Shown: positions 1-11,720, counted from the stretch's first letter. The stretch is 64,000 nt of DNA from Lama guanicoe (GCA_013239625.1 MU054001.1:3044151-3108150), one strand, 5' to 3'. The notes: generated by a model not told the origin, from the sequence alone. Numbers and translations are program-made.

Positions 1-493
1 CTGGGAGAAAGGACCAGATGCGCCGGATGCCAGGAGAGGGGAACCCCAGTCACGCTTGCGTGTCTTCTGTCACTGAGTGTCAAATGCCAGCCCCATAGGC
101 AGCAACAAGGGCTCCCAAGCTTCGTCATCAAGGGCTCCCTGGAGGAGGGAGAGACACCTTGGCCGGAGGAAGGGCAACGCCCTGGTTGAGACTGCTACTC
201 CTGTTTCCTAATTGGGTTGAAAGCCAACCCAGCCAGCTCCAAGGAGACCACACAGCAGACCGCAGCCCCGGGTCCAGAGGCATATCTACTCATGCCCCAC
301 TGCTCAACAGCTTCCCTTTTGAACCTAGGAGCAGAGCCTGCTCCTGAATTGTCAGCCCTTACCATGCTGGTTCTTTCAAGCAGGAACAGGAGTTAGGATG
401 CTGAACAGTCAGAGGACACTTTTGAAAGGGTCTGGTAGAAGTAAATCCTCACATAGCAATACCTTTCACCTTTCTTCAAAAAGGGAGAGGGAG

Positions 494-631
494 TAATGAA
501 AAAGAGTATGAAAAGGAATATATAGGAATATATGTATGTATATGTATGACTGAAACATTATGTTGTACACCAGAAATTGACAAAACATTGTAAACTGACT
601 AGACTTCAATAAAAAAAGAAAAAAAAAAAAA
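494..631 (+). mobile_element. Young artiodactyl/camelid-type L1 3' end with poly(A) tail
   Basis: The sequence ...tgttgtacaccagaaattgacaaaacattgtaaactgactagacttcAATAAA is followed by an A-rich tail. The same terminal motif recurs in reverse at ~8.3 kb and ~21.05 kb. Confidence 0.85.
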
Positions 632-2479
632 GGAGGATTTCTCCTCCAGAATTCCCACTGGAAGATCAAAGTGGCCTCTTCCATCACCCTTTCCAGCCAT
701 TACATGTCCAGAAGTTGAGAGGGGACAAAAGCTCTCTCCTAAGCTGATACTCTGTTTCCATGTCATGGAGCCCACAGGGGCAGGTTGGATCTTTTTGTTC
801 ATTAAAATAGACTGTCATGAGCAGCCCTCAACAGAAAACACCTCAGGCCTGGACAATTAGTAAAGCCCCAGAGTGGGGTTCATGTCTTGGCTGGTCGAGT
901 GGCCCGTTAATGGGCATCTCTGCAGGAGAGGACCTATTTCTTGTCATTCCCACATGGAGATGGGACAATAGGGATAGACAGCCGTGTTATATGTTTAGTG
1001 GGCATCCCCAACGTGGTCTTTATACTGAAGAATGTCAGGAAGCCCTCTGGAACAAAAAAACACAAAAGAGTGTTCCCGCAAGGGGGCTCATTCCTGATTC
1101 AGGGACAACCCAGGGAGATCTTCAGTTCTGCGCAGAAAATGACTTGAACAGCGTGAGACTGGGGGTCTGGTCTTTTCTCGAGCAAGGACAAAAGCCGTTG
1201 CCTTGAGTCCTGATGAAGGCCTTTCCCTCTTCTTATTTCTGTTCCTCTGCAGCCTGAGGGCTCAGAACCCCGTACCTGATATCCTCGTGGAATCCTGTAA
1301 GTGTGGACTGAATATTGACTGAATCGTCCATGAATCTTCTCACCCTGGGGCAATTAGAGTTGAATTATGTCCAGCAAAGCTAGGCTACAAATAAGAAATT
1401 ATTTTTCATTTATCTCAGAGAGAAGAAACCAGAAATGAGCAAATATGAGATTAATATAAGTGAAGGAGGATACAGTTTCTGCTGTATGTGCTGATAAACC
1501 CCCTTTTTCCCTTTTCATACTAATTATTATTATCATTATTAGTATTATTTTACCCCACAATTGCCCTAGGATGTTATCCAAGAGGAAGAGCTGTATCGGC
1601 TGGTGAAAGCTCCACAGTATTATTTATTTCATGTAATAAAATGTATGTAATGATCATGATTAATGTTTGTTTATTGTTGTATCATTGTGTTTTCCTTCCA
1701 GTCTCAGTGTGATACTGGTTTAATTAAACTTGGTAGAGGGGTGGGAGTGGGGTTGGGTGACAGTCTTCGGAACTTTATACAATAATGGAGTCTGCATTTG
1801 GTTGCACTTTCATGTCGATTAAGATGAAGATGTCCCCATAAATGACTGACTCTGTTTGTTCTTTCAAAGGAAAGTCCATTCCCCTTCCTTGATTGTGTAA
1901 TTTACAGATAAATGTGTTGTGCCTCAGACCAAATGCTTTTATGTACAGAAATTGCAATGACAGTAGAAATTATGGTAATTGAAGAGCGCTCTATTTTAGG
2001 TTTTTCTCTGATCACATGAAATGATTATCAGCATCTTCCCTGGCCATAATCGTGCCCCAGATTCCAAATTATTTTTTATTAGTTTGTTATCCAGCTTAAC
2101 TGTTCAGGGAAGAGAAGAGCTAAGAGGGAATAGCAAAATATTGTCTCTGCTGGTTGATTGTCTCCCCTAAGGAAAAAATTAGATAGGTGCAGTCAGGGCC
2201 ATTTTTTTTTTCATTTTTAATGCACCCAAAATTAGTTGGCCAAGACTCCTATAATTTTCTCATTTCTTTAAGAAAATCAAGTGTGCGTCCCAAATGGAAG
2301 CCATAGAGCTTTGAAATAAATTAATATGTTTTTTAAAGTTTTTAAAGCTGAATTCAGATTGCCTTAACAATGAAAGCATTTCATAGTTTGCAAAACACTT
2401 TAATATCGATCATCCCATTTTAGCATCACAACCTTTGAAAGAAACAGGATATGCAATTCTTTTACCTAGGACATGTGTC

Positions 2480-3260
2480 ATACTATGATATACATAGGAT
2501 ACTAAGTATGTTTTTCAGCAACTTGCTTTTTTCCTTTCAATAATATATTGTGATATCTTTAATGTTAATATGTAAAATTTGGGGTTTGTTGGGGACATTT
2601 AAGATGTCTTCAGGTTTCCCTTATTATATTTTTTGTTTATAAAGAAAGCTGAATTAATATTCTAGTGGATGGATATGTATACTTACATGCACATATACAT
2701 AAATACATACACATATCCATCCATTCATGTGTATGCATATGTGCGTGTGTGCCTATGTGAGTGTGTGTTTGTGTGTGAGCTCCTATAAGCATTTCAGCAC
2801 AGGAAGGTTTGGATAGGCTATAAATCATTTAAAATTTTTGTATGATAGCCTCCAAGGAGGCTCTACTTCCAGTGTAGACCCTATGCCACAATATATTCAT
2901 TTTCCCAGTCCTTTCAGGTCTAGATGATACCAATCTTTAAATTATTACCAACTTTATAAAGAAAAAAATCATATCACATTATTATTTAGTTTGTATTTTC
3001 CCAATCAGTAGTGAGTAGTGAACCATCTTTTTATTAGTCACTCATATTTCTTCCTCACAGAACTGCTCGTTCACATTACTTGCAAATGTTTCTTTTCTGT
3101 TGTTTCTCATCTTCCTAATTATTGATAGAGAACTCATGTTAACAGTAACTCCTGTTGGTTAAATACATTGTATCTCAGTCTCTCATTTGAGGCTTGATTT
3201 TGTTTACAGGGCCCTACTTAAGTTTTCTGAGTTTTTTTCCTTTTTAAAAAAAATTGTATG
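2480..3260 (-). mobile_element. Old L1 (L1ME-like) 3' fragment, antisense
   Basis: T-rich degenerate L1 3' motifs (caacttgcttttttc...aataatatattgtga; gtgaaccatcttttttattagtcactcatatttcttc) and an internal TG/CA low-complexity run. Confidence 0.55.
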
Positions 3261-3289
3261 GATTCAAATCAGAATTATTTAGGGGTTTA

Positions 3290-3395
3290 TGGATGAAGAA
3301 AGGAAATTCAGAGAGAAGGGAAGCAACTTGCCCAAATTTATTCTGCCTTTAAGTGGGAAAGCCAAGACTTCAACCCCTGTTTGTTAACTCCCCCG
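3290..3395 (-). mobile_element. MIR fragment
   Basis: gatgaagaaaggaaattcagagag...aacttgcccaa...aagtgggaaagccaagacttcaaccc resembles the reverse-complement MIR core. Confidence 0.6.
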
Positions 3396-3834
3396 CACTC
3401 TTTCTCTGCGGATGCCACCATGATGCTAGTCTGCAAATGGACACCTGGAAAGTGAGCATGACACACAGCTTCCGTATTTCAGTTACTGTCTCTATCAGCT
3501 TCTCTGCCATCTTCGACTCCCCTTCCCACTCACCTTGAAGAAAGTTTTCTGCCTATCCTTCAAAACTTAATTCCAGTCACTCACCTATGAAGCTTTCCCA
3601 GATACTCGCCGCTCAGCCTTTGCCTTTCTGTCACCGCATGTGGGTGGTATGGGCCCCTAGGGCAGCATCCATCAAAGTCTGCTTTGTGAGGCAGGTGTTT
3701 ATATCACGGCTCCCTCTTGCCCTAGAGAGTGAAATTTCATAAGTTAAGAGCCTGTGGTAGATTAATTGCATTAATTAACTGATTTTTTTCTCTCCTGTAT
3801 CCGGTTCCTGGCAATGTGCTCTTCACATGAAGAG

Positions 3835-4210
3835 CTAAAATCTATTCCTCCACTCCTTGAATCTATAATGACCTTGCCACTTGTCTTTAAGAGGGCATCT
3901 GTGCTTCTGCTTACACTCTTGGTACCCTACCATTGACACCAGGTAAGCAAGCCCAGATCTGCCTGTTGAAGGATGGGATAACACAGGGAGGAGAATCATC
4001 CTAGGGGAGGACATCCCAGACAAGTCTTAAGTACTCACCTAATCTACCAAGTGACTGCAAACACATGAGCAATTCTAGCTGCAGTCTGCTGAGTCCAACC
4101 TAGACCAGCAGAAACTCCCAACCAACCCATTGATGTATAAGCCAAGTAAAATATTTGTTGTTTAAGCCACATTTGTGTGGTTTGTTACACAGCAAAAGAT
4201 GACTGATAAC
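3835..4210 (+). mobile_element. MaLR LTR (MLT1 family), lying between L2 relics (~3550-3830 and ~4220-4350)
   Basis: MLT1-type 3' end ttgttgtttaagccacatttgtgtggtttgttacacagcaaaagatgactgata. The flanking L2 terminus reads acatagtaggtgtaaataaatgttgaactgaat. Confidence 0.6.
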
Positions 4211-4457
4211 AAGCCTTTCTATAGCAAGTAGGCCTGGTCTTATTAAGCAAGACTGTGCATAGTTTCCATGTCTTACCCATTTTTCAATCCTTAAATATAG
4301 CCTAACATGTTACATTGTACATAGTAGGTGTAAATAAATGTTGAACTGAATCCAGTCTCCTCCTTAAAGGGCAACTGAGTGTCTGAATATTTAAAGGGAT
4401 TCTTTTGATGGAAACTATCACTTCTTAAAGCCAGGCAGAGTCTGTCCACATTCATAG

Positions 4458-5845
4458 TGTAAGAAAATTTGGAATAAGCAAAAAAGATTACTGGGTGTCT
4501 CCAGTGGAAAATTATGCATTATTTAGAGGGTACTCATCTGAATTATCTGATTCTAGCCTTTCATTGCCTTTGAGCAATTTTATAGCTCCTTAAGTTGTCG
4601 AGAACCAATGGCAATGCAAATGACTCTTGTCTATGAACATGCAAATGAATTCCATCCAGTGGAGAAGCAACACCCACCCCCCTGCCCCCTGCCACCATCG
4701 CCACCATAGAAAAACCAGTTTTGCATCTATTTGCAAGTTCATTTCAATATTCCTGATCTATAAATACAATTGCTGTTTAGATTCTCCTTCAGTAAGGAGT
4801 TAAATTGAATCTTTGACACTTGTTCATTTTATATTTTTATGAGAGTAATGGTTCTGCACACCCAGCTTCAGTATGGGGAGGGAAATAGTGTTAGATCCCA
4901 CAGTCAAGGGCTCAGTCCTACAAGACTGCCCTCTTCACCCCCACTTCAGATGCCAGTCACAAACTCAGGCTATCATCACCTGTGCTTCTGACCCACTGGC
5001 TATAGATTGGAGCTTCCACCAACCTCACCCTGGATTGGATTAATTTGGTAGAGCAGCTCACAGCATTCAGAGAAACATTTTACTCACTAAGTTATTGGTG
5101 TACTACAAGGAATATTAAAGGATACGATCAATAGTCAGATGAAGAGATACATAGGGTGACTTCCCAAACAAAAGAGCTTCTATCCTCATGGAGTTTGGGG
5201 CCACACATTGTGGCCCCATTGAAGTGTTCCTGTTTCCCAGCCTGCATGCTCTCTGAACCTTATATATAATTCAAGAAAAATCAGGTGGAAGAGAAGCATA
5301 GGGCAAGGTATGAGCAGAGGGAACAGGGCTTCCATGTGCCATTCCCCCCAGATTTCCACACGTTCACCAACCGAGAGGCTCTCTGAACACCATCACTTCC
5401 AGTTTTTATCGCTGTTTCATTACATAGCATGGTTGATTAAATCATTGGCTGCTGGTGATTTATTCAATCTCCAGCCCTCCTCTCCTCCCTGGAAATCAGA
5501 GAAGATGGGATTGAAAGTTCCAACCATTCATTGTACTTTCCAAAAGTCATCTCATTTACATAAACTCAGCTGTGGTGGATAGGGGCTGGCTATAATTAAC
5601 AAGACACCCATTTTACCTTTATGGCTCTGAAGCAATTTCAGGAACTGAAGACAGGAGACCAAATACTACTTCCCATTGCTCTTGTCACTCAAGAAATTCC
5701 AAAAGTTTTGGGATCTCTGAGCCAGGAGCCCTGAATGAAGACCAGATATATGTGAAAAATACATTTTGGTCATCTGAATGACCAAAAATATATTTCTTAT
5801 AAATCACAATATGGCAGAGTCATGGTTTTACTTTTGCTTGAAAAC
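4458..5845 (+). repeat. 5' LTR of the provirus, split by a MER21-like LTR insertion
   Basis: 4458-4847 aligns with 10669-11060. Homology resumes at 5817 (gagtcatggttttacttttg versus gagtcatggctttcctttttg at 11057). The exact 3' end is uncertain. Confidence 0.7.
4850..5816 (-). mobile_element. MER21-family solo LTR (MER21C-like)
   Basis: Contains gggctcagtcctacaagactgccc...cacttcagatgccagtcac and ends atatttcttataaatcacaatatggca, which is the reverse complement of the MER21C-type start TGTGATATTGTGATTTATAA. Confidence 0.75.
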
Positions 5846-7413
5846 TTGAAGAGTTTGAGAGATCTTTTCTGATGCTCTATGGATTCTCCTGACAGATCTG
5901 ATTAAATTTCATTACCAAAGTAGAGAACCTCCAGGGCTACTTAAGTCCATAGACATCTTTTCTTAGCTCCCAATTCGAATCAGGTGACTTTAAATCAGCA
6001 CTAGTACCTAACTGACCCTCTGCTTTTCTGCTTTTCTTCTTCTTCTCTGCTAATTTAATGTTTTGTTTTTCGCTTTTGCGAATGGCCAATAAGTTATTTC
6101 CCATTGGTGGCAACAATAATTGGGAATTTGGTTTTGTGTTCAGACATTTGATGATTTTTGCATATGGATTAACAGTTTATAGAGATATAGTTTCTGTTGG
6201 GTAAGAGATGACAGAATCTCACTTGCTAGTCTTTATGTCTGCTTATCTATTTTGTGCTTAAATTAAAAAAAATAATGTGTGCCTACTGGGAAGGAGAGCA
6301 GCTCCTCACTAGTGAGACTGATGAGTGTTTGTGTTCTGTGTCTTCTCTTGATCTATGGCTGAAAATGCAAAATTGAAATCCAAGATTTCTGTGTGTCTCT
6401 GTCTATAATTCAGAAAGTACTTTACCTCTCAATGTTTGAGTATATAAATTTTTCACATCTCCAGGGGATATTAATAAATTAGACTGTAACGTCTTTTAAA
6501 GGAGTTCTGTTCTGATTGGTTTATAGAGATAAACATGCACTTATATAAATTAAACATCCCTGAAAGTCCAAGGATATAAGAAAAATTTTCTAATACATTA
6601 AATGTTTTATACTTAAAAGAAAAATATTCTTACAGAAACTAACTCAGAAATACTATAATAAATGAAATTCACATAACTGAGGTAAATTTTTGGCAGATGA
6701 GATTATCTTCATAATTTTTGTTTAACAAAAAACCACTATATCTTCTCTTATTCGTTAGTGTCTGATGTGGTACAAGCAAACATTTTTTATTATACTGCAG
6801 TATGTTTTCCTAAACTTATACAGCTTTAATTATCAAATAAGGTATCATTACTCCTATATAATATTTAAGGTTATAAAAAATGTATATTTCACAAACTACT
6901 TATTTCAACAGTAATTATATTTTGTAGTATGTCAGCTTGAAGATAATTTCTGAAGTCTTTAGGTAACTTAAAACTGGGAATGATATTGAGTTAATTAATA
7001 GATAATCATTGGATATGTAGATTATTTCTTAAAAAAGATACAATACTAAAGCATTTGTTACTAAGCATAATTTCAAGTGTATGTATTTTTCTTTCCTTTG
7101 TGTCTTTATTTACTGCAAAGATGCCATGTGCTTGGGCTGGAATAATAAGTGTGTTTATTTTTGCCACTCAGGGCAGTTGTATAAAGGATATAGGTGGAAG
7201 TTGGGTGTTAGTGTGATGGTTTTCAATCACCCACCCTTCAGTTTGGTTTTCAGTTATCCACCCTTCAGTTTTCTCTATGAGATGGAAGTTAGTTACTTTA
7301 AGTCAAGTTTTAATTAATATAAATATTTGAGACTACATTAAAAGCAATAGTAACAGAGAAATAGAACTGTGGCCATGTTTCTGTTTTTCAAAGAAAAGAA
7401 TTTTATCCTAAAG

Positions 7414-7668
7414 CAGTGGTTCTCTTTTGTTCATTTTTGTCTCCAGATCTGTTTATACTCTTAAAACTCACTTGGGGTCCCAGAGAGCTTTGGTTTTTAT
7501 AGGTTATAACTACTGATACTTACCATATTGTAAATTAAAACTGATAGCACTTAAAAATACTTATTTACTGATTCACTTGAAGCTAGCAATGTTGATTGCA
7601 TTGCATATGAATAACATCTTAATGTTCGTATGCAGTTGGTCCTGACCTTGCAGACCTTCTGCGATCTG
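7414..7668 (+). mobile_element. hAT-Charlie (Charlie1-like) non-autonomous DNA transposon
   Basis: Starts CAGTGGTTCTC and ends CTG. A perfect 8-bp TSD TCCTAAAG lies at 7406-7413 and 7669-7676. The body resembles the Charlie1 5' end. Confidence 0.85.
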
Positions 7669-8297
7669 TCCTAAAGTGTCAGTTTGATCCCCAAACTGAA
7701 AGAGCATAACGTAAGACAAAACTTGGAAAGTGAATTTTATTTACCTTGGTTTATAAATAATATCTGAGTCTGAACAGCCATGAAATGTATTAAGATCTTA
7801 GCAAATGTTTTACAGAATTTTGATGGCGAGTTTCCTTGGTTTATTGTCTTCACCTACAGCAGATGCGTCTCTTTCTGTGTGTAAGCTGCCTGGGTAACTA
7901 AGATTATGTGTCCTACCAAAGTAGTTTATTCTGACTGTTAAGTTCTGACTCATTTAAGAAAACAAAGGTTCCTCACTTATAAAAGGGTTAAAGTTTGTTT
8001 ACAATCATGTCATCTTCCAAGTTTATTTGAACTTTAATGTTTTATCATCCCTGATGAAATGGGTAATCAGTACTGTGTCTCAGGCATCCATGATATTAAC
8101 TTAATCAAGTATCAAATCTTCTTTGATAGTTTTTTTTTATTATTACCTGCTCAAAATCATACACTAAACATAAAAACTAAACTAAAATAAAAACTTTCAA
8201 GTTATCTTTTGCACCTAGAACTCTCTTGAGATTTCTCAGAAAATCACGTATTTGTTCTTTCCCCTTAGAAAAAGGAAGGTGCTAGAAATAATTTGGA

Positions 8298-8484
8298 TTT
8301 TTTAAAAAATTTTTATTGAAGTATAGTCAGTTTACAGTGTTGTGTCAATTTCTGGTGTACAGCACAATATAATACTTCAGTCATACATGAACATACATAT
8401 ATTTGTTTTCATATTTTTTCACCATAAGTTACTACAAGATATTGAATATAGTTCCCTGTGCTATACAGTATAAGCTTGTTCATC
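8298..8484 (-). mobile_element. Young L1 3' end, antisense
   Basis: T-rich tail then ttttattgaagtatagtcagtttacagtgttgtgtcaatttctggtgtacagc...aagatattgaatatagttccctgtgctatacagta, the reverse-complement homolog of 494-631. Confidence 0.9.
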
Positions 8485-8883
8485 TAAATTAGGTTTATCT
8501 GAAATGTTACTATTGATGAATTGCATAGGAAGGGTTATCAAATCAGAAGAGATACTCTTGCTTCCTCGATATTAAATTTTTGTAAATGTGTATTTTATAA
8601 ATATATATATATTTCAGAAATTGTATGCAGTGTGGGATATCCCTGGACATTTGTCAGTGCCCTCACTCTCTATGACATGCTTCTATTTATCAGAGTCCTG
8701 AAGATACCAGGCAACAATATAGTATTTTGGTCATGATTTTGGTTACTATCTTAGTCATCACCTCACTTTAATTCAAATCTAGCATCTTCTAGGCCAGTGA
8801 GTTTTGACTGGGGATGCAGTATGAAGTTTTTTAAAAACACATGTCTTGGTCATATTCCAGACTTCCTGAAATTCTTAGTATAT

Positions 8884-9193
8884 GAGGTTGTTTGAGGGCA
8901 TTACAATGGGCAGCAAATTGGCAAAGTAGTCCAAGTTTTTCAGAAAGAATGATGTCATCTACACTGAGCGAGTGCAGCGGGAGACGGCTAATGTCCATGT
9001 GGGCATCCACCCCAGCAAGATAGTTATCACTCAGTGAAAACTGGACAATGACCACAAAAAGATCCTTGAGTGTAAAGCCAAATCTGGTAAGAAAGGTAAA
9101 GGGCAAAAATAAGGAAGAAACAATTGAGAAGATGAAGGAATAGAGTAATTTGGTAAACAACTTTCATTAAAAATTATTAAAATGGAAAAAAAA
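8884..9193 (+). pseudogene. RPL26: 5'-truncated processed pseudogene of 60S ribosomal protein L26 (uL24)
   Basis: Conceptual translation across frameshifts gives [56 protein letters not shown] and KGKNKEETIEKMKE* (TAG at 9141-9143), matching the RPL26 C-terminal half. ATTAAA lies at 9166 with a short A tail. The 15-bp TSD is aaattcttagtatat (8869-8883) / aaattcttaggatat (9191-9205). The copy carries in-frame stops and indels. Confidence 0.95.
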
Positions 9194-10668
9194 TTCTTAG
9201 GATATCCTTACTTCAAGCCTGGTTTATTCTTGGTATATTATACTCACACACACTTACATTTGTCTTTCAATTATTATGTCATAGCTCAAGATTTTTCCCT
9301 TTATAAGAAAATTATTTCTGTAGCATCACTGACTCCTTTGAGAATAGGCTGAATCACTTTCATTGAAGACAGTATTTTCCAGTGACTTTATTACCTTTTC
9401 TTGCTTGACACAGCGACAACCAAATTTCCTTGTCAGTTGCCTTATTCTTGTTGTGAACTCTCATCAGACCTTTCCCTTTTGGAAATTACTAGTGATGAAT
9501 TAACTACAGCCATTTTAAGCCACCATCATTTACAGGCAGTTTGTTTGTTCGTCTTTACTCCTGTTTGTTTGTCTTTGCATGCCTAAGCCTCTGCCATTAG
9601 CTTCAGGCTAGAGTTCACCAAAGAAGGACAGAAACAAAAAATGACCATCTGAGAGCTCCCTGGAAAAGGACTGTACCAGGTACTTCAAGCTATTGAAACT
9701 TAAAAAACAAAACAAACAAAAAAGACTCTTGGGTGAAGGCTTCTGAGGTCATTGCCTACACAATTTTTAGACCATTCCAGTGGGCTGAGTGAGTATTTCC
9801 AGAACTCTTCTTTATTTGAAAATGACTTCATGAGATTGCTAACCTAAAATCCTGTGGAACAAGAATGGGCTGAATGAACTGATGAAGGAAATTTTACTGA
9901 AGTGATTTGTCTGTAATATCACAGATACTATTTTACTGTTTTATGTTTCTCAAGCTAAAAGGAACCCCTTTCTCTTTCTTTTCAAACTATCTGTAGCCCA
10001 TGACAATTTAGTAGACTCTGCTTTTGGAAACTAAAATGAAACATTTAAAGAATACTTTTCTCATGGACACCCCTTCTCCTAAATCATAAACTCGTATTGA
10101 GTATCCTTACTTTTCATGGCAATGCAGTTATTTGCATAGTTTCAATAAGACTATCATTATTTTACCAGGATATGATTGGAAAAATTGGTTATGCAATCAG
10201 GTCCTTGCCTGAAAAGTCATTTGAAACGATGCTTATATCTATAGTCAGATATGGCTAACCACTTTTAAGGAAATATGATCAATTTTCTGGAGCCAATGCT
10301 TCAAGAACTCTCTAGGGAAAGCTGGTGACCTGGCAGGACTTACAGGGTCCCAGCTCTAAGGAAGGACACTTTCTAGTAGGCCAGGAACTTTGGGATATTT
10401 TAGAAAGAGGAATTCACCAAAATTTAATGGTACTGCTGGTAAAATCTGGTGGAGTTTTGGGGCTTGGCTTCCTAGCCTCGGGATAGCAAATAATAGAAGC
10501 TTTTAGCATCCAATCTAACATTTCATATGGAAACTTCCAGCAAAGCAAACTTAAGAAAACCTATGTGGTAAATTACCACTCTTGCTGCCCCTATGTAAAT
10601 AATGAGGCCAGAGCTAATAAGACCAGCCTTATTTTGTGATCAGCAATCATCTTTCTCTGAGGAGAGAC

Positions 10669-11080
10669 TGTAAGGAAGTGTGAAATTAGCAGAAAAGATG
10701 ACCGGGTCTCTCTAGTGGAAAACTATGTATTATTTGGAGCTCAGGGTCCAGGATTTTTGATTCTAGAGTTCCTTGCCTTTGAATTGTAAGTTATACAGAA
10801 CTAACGGCAATGTCAATGATTCCTTTTGTGGACACAAAACTACTGTATTCTGTCGATGGAGGAACAATCCTTCCTTGCTGTGGAAAAGGCAATTTTGCTT
10901 CTGTTTGCAAGTTCGCTTCAATATTCCCAACCTTAATATGTGGCTGTGTTTTGGATTCTCCTTTGAACTGGTCGTGACGTCTGCATTGTTCCCTCACTCA
11001 TTTGGTTAATGACTTACATAAAAGTTTCGACATGTGTTCATTGAATATCTGTATGAGAGTCATGGCTTTCCTTTTTGTAA
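10669..11080 (+). repeat. 3' LTR of the provirus
   Basis: Begins TGTAAG after a purine-rich tract and is collinear with 4458-4847 plus 5817-5840. The 3' end is approximate. Confidence 0.75.
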
Positions 11081-11199
11081 AAAAAATGGTCTGTTAACAG
11101 TAAATATTAAGCTGTAATCATGCTGTTTGAAGTCTACACCGGGATGAGTATTTCTGCTATGAAGGTTATGTGATGACAAATTCTTTCTCTTTTGGTTTC

Positions 11200-11720
11200 C
11201 TTTGTCTGCTCAGGGTACATTTTCCCATCTTCTGATAAGAGCAAAGCTTAGACCTCCCCAAGTTTCAGTTCCTGTGTTTCTGGTACCCACATGTAGAGGT
11301 GGGCATGAGACCAAGGCCTGGCCACTCTGAATGTCACATTCACCCTGTCTACTACGATTGGATGAGAGGTGATCATTTGACCCAAGCCAGGCAAGCCGGA
11401 GACAGTGAGACTCAATTCTAGAATTCTGGTTGGAAAGGGAAACTTATTTCTGCTGGATTTACTGAAAGAATAAGCTATAAGCCTATAAGTGCTGGTGACT
11501 CTCATGTCACTGGATGGGAAAACCCTGCCTGAAATAAGCCCACCCAAGGAAAGACATGGAGGTTAAGAAAAGAGAGAGTGAGGCAGAGAGAATCCAAGTG
11601 CTGACAACCGTGTTTGAACTGATGGATGGGTTTCAGTCATTTGCTGAAGTCCTGATGAATCCGTTTTGATGAAGCTAATCCATGGGATCTAAGGCTTGAC
11701 TGCTTAAAGCCAAAGGGAGT
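11200..11720 (+). mobile_element. Old MaLR LTR (MLT1J/K-like)
   Basis: ggtgggcatgagaccaaggcctggcca...gattggatgagaggtgatcatttgacccaagccaggc are typical old MLT1 motifs. Confidence 0.6.

Larger units (their letters stand above)
4458..11080 (+). mobile_element. Ancient ERV1-class provirus (LTR37/MER4-group-like) with two LTRs and a decayed non-coding internal region
   Basis: Direct repeats both begin TGTAAG, at 4458 and 10669. A hand alignment of the first 71 bp gives 58/71 identity with no gaps. Further collinear blocks are shared (ttttgc.tct.tttgcaagttc..ttcaatattcc; atgagagt.atgg). A purine-rich gaggagaga precedes the 3' LTR. The family name is from memory. Confidence 0.8.

Noticed and set aside
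817..1206. 129-aa ATG-initiated ORF
   Set aside because: It has no recognisable homology, and part of it resembles a degenerate MER20-like MITE.
8831..9160. 109-aa minus-strand ORF
   Set aside because: It is the antisense frame of the RPL26 pseudogene.
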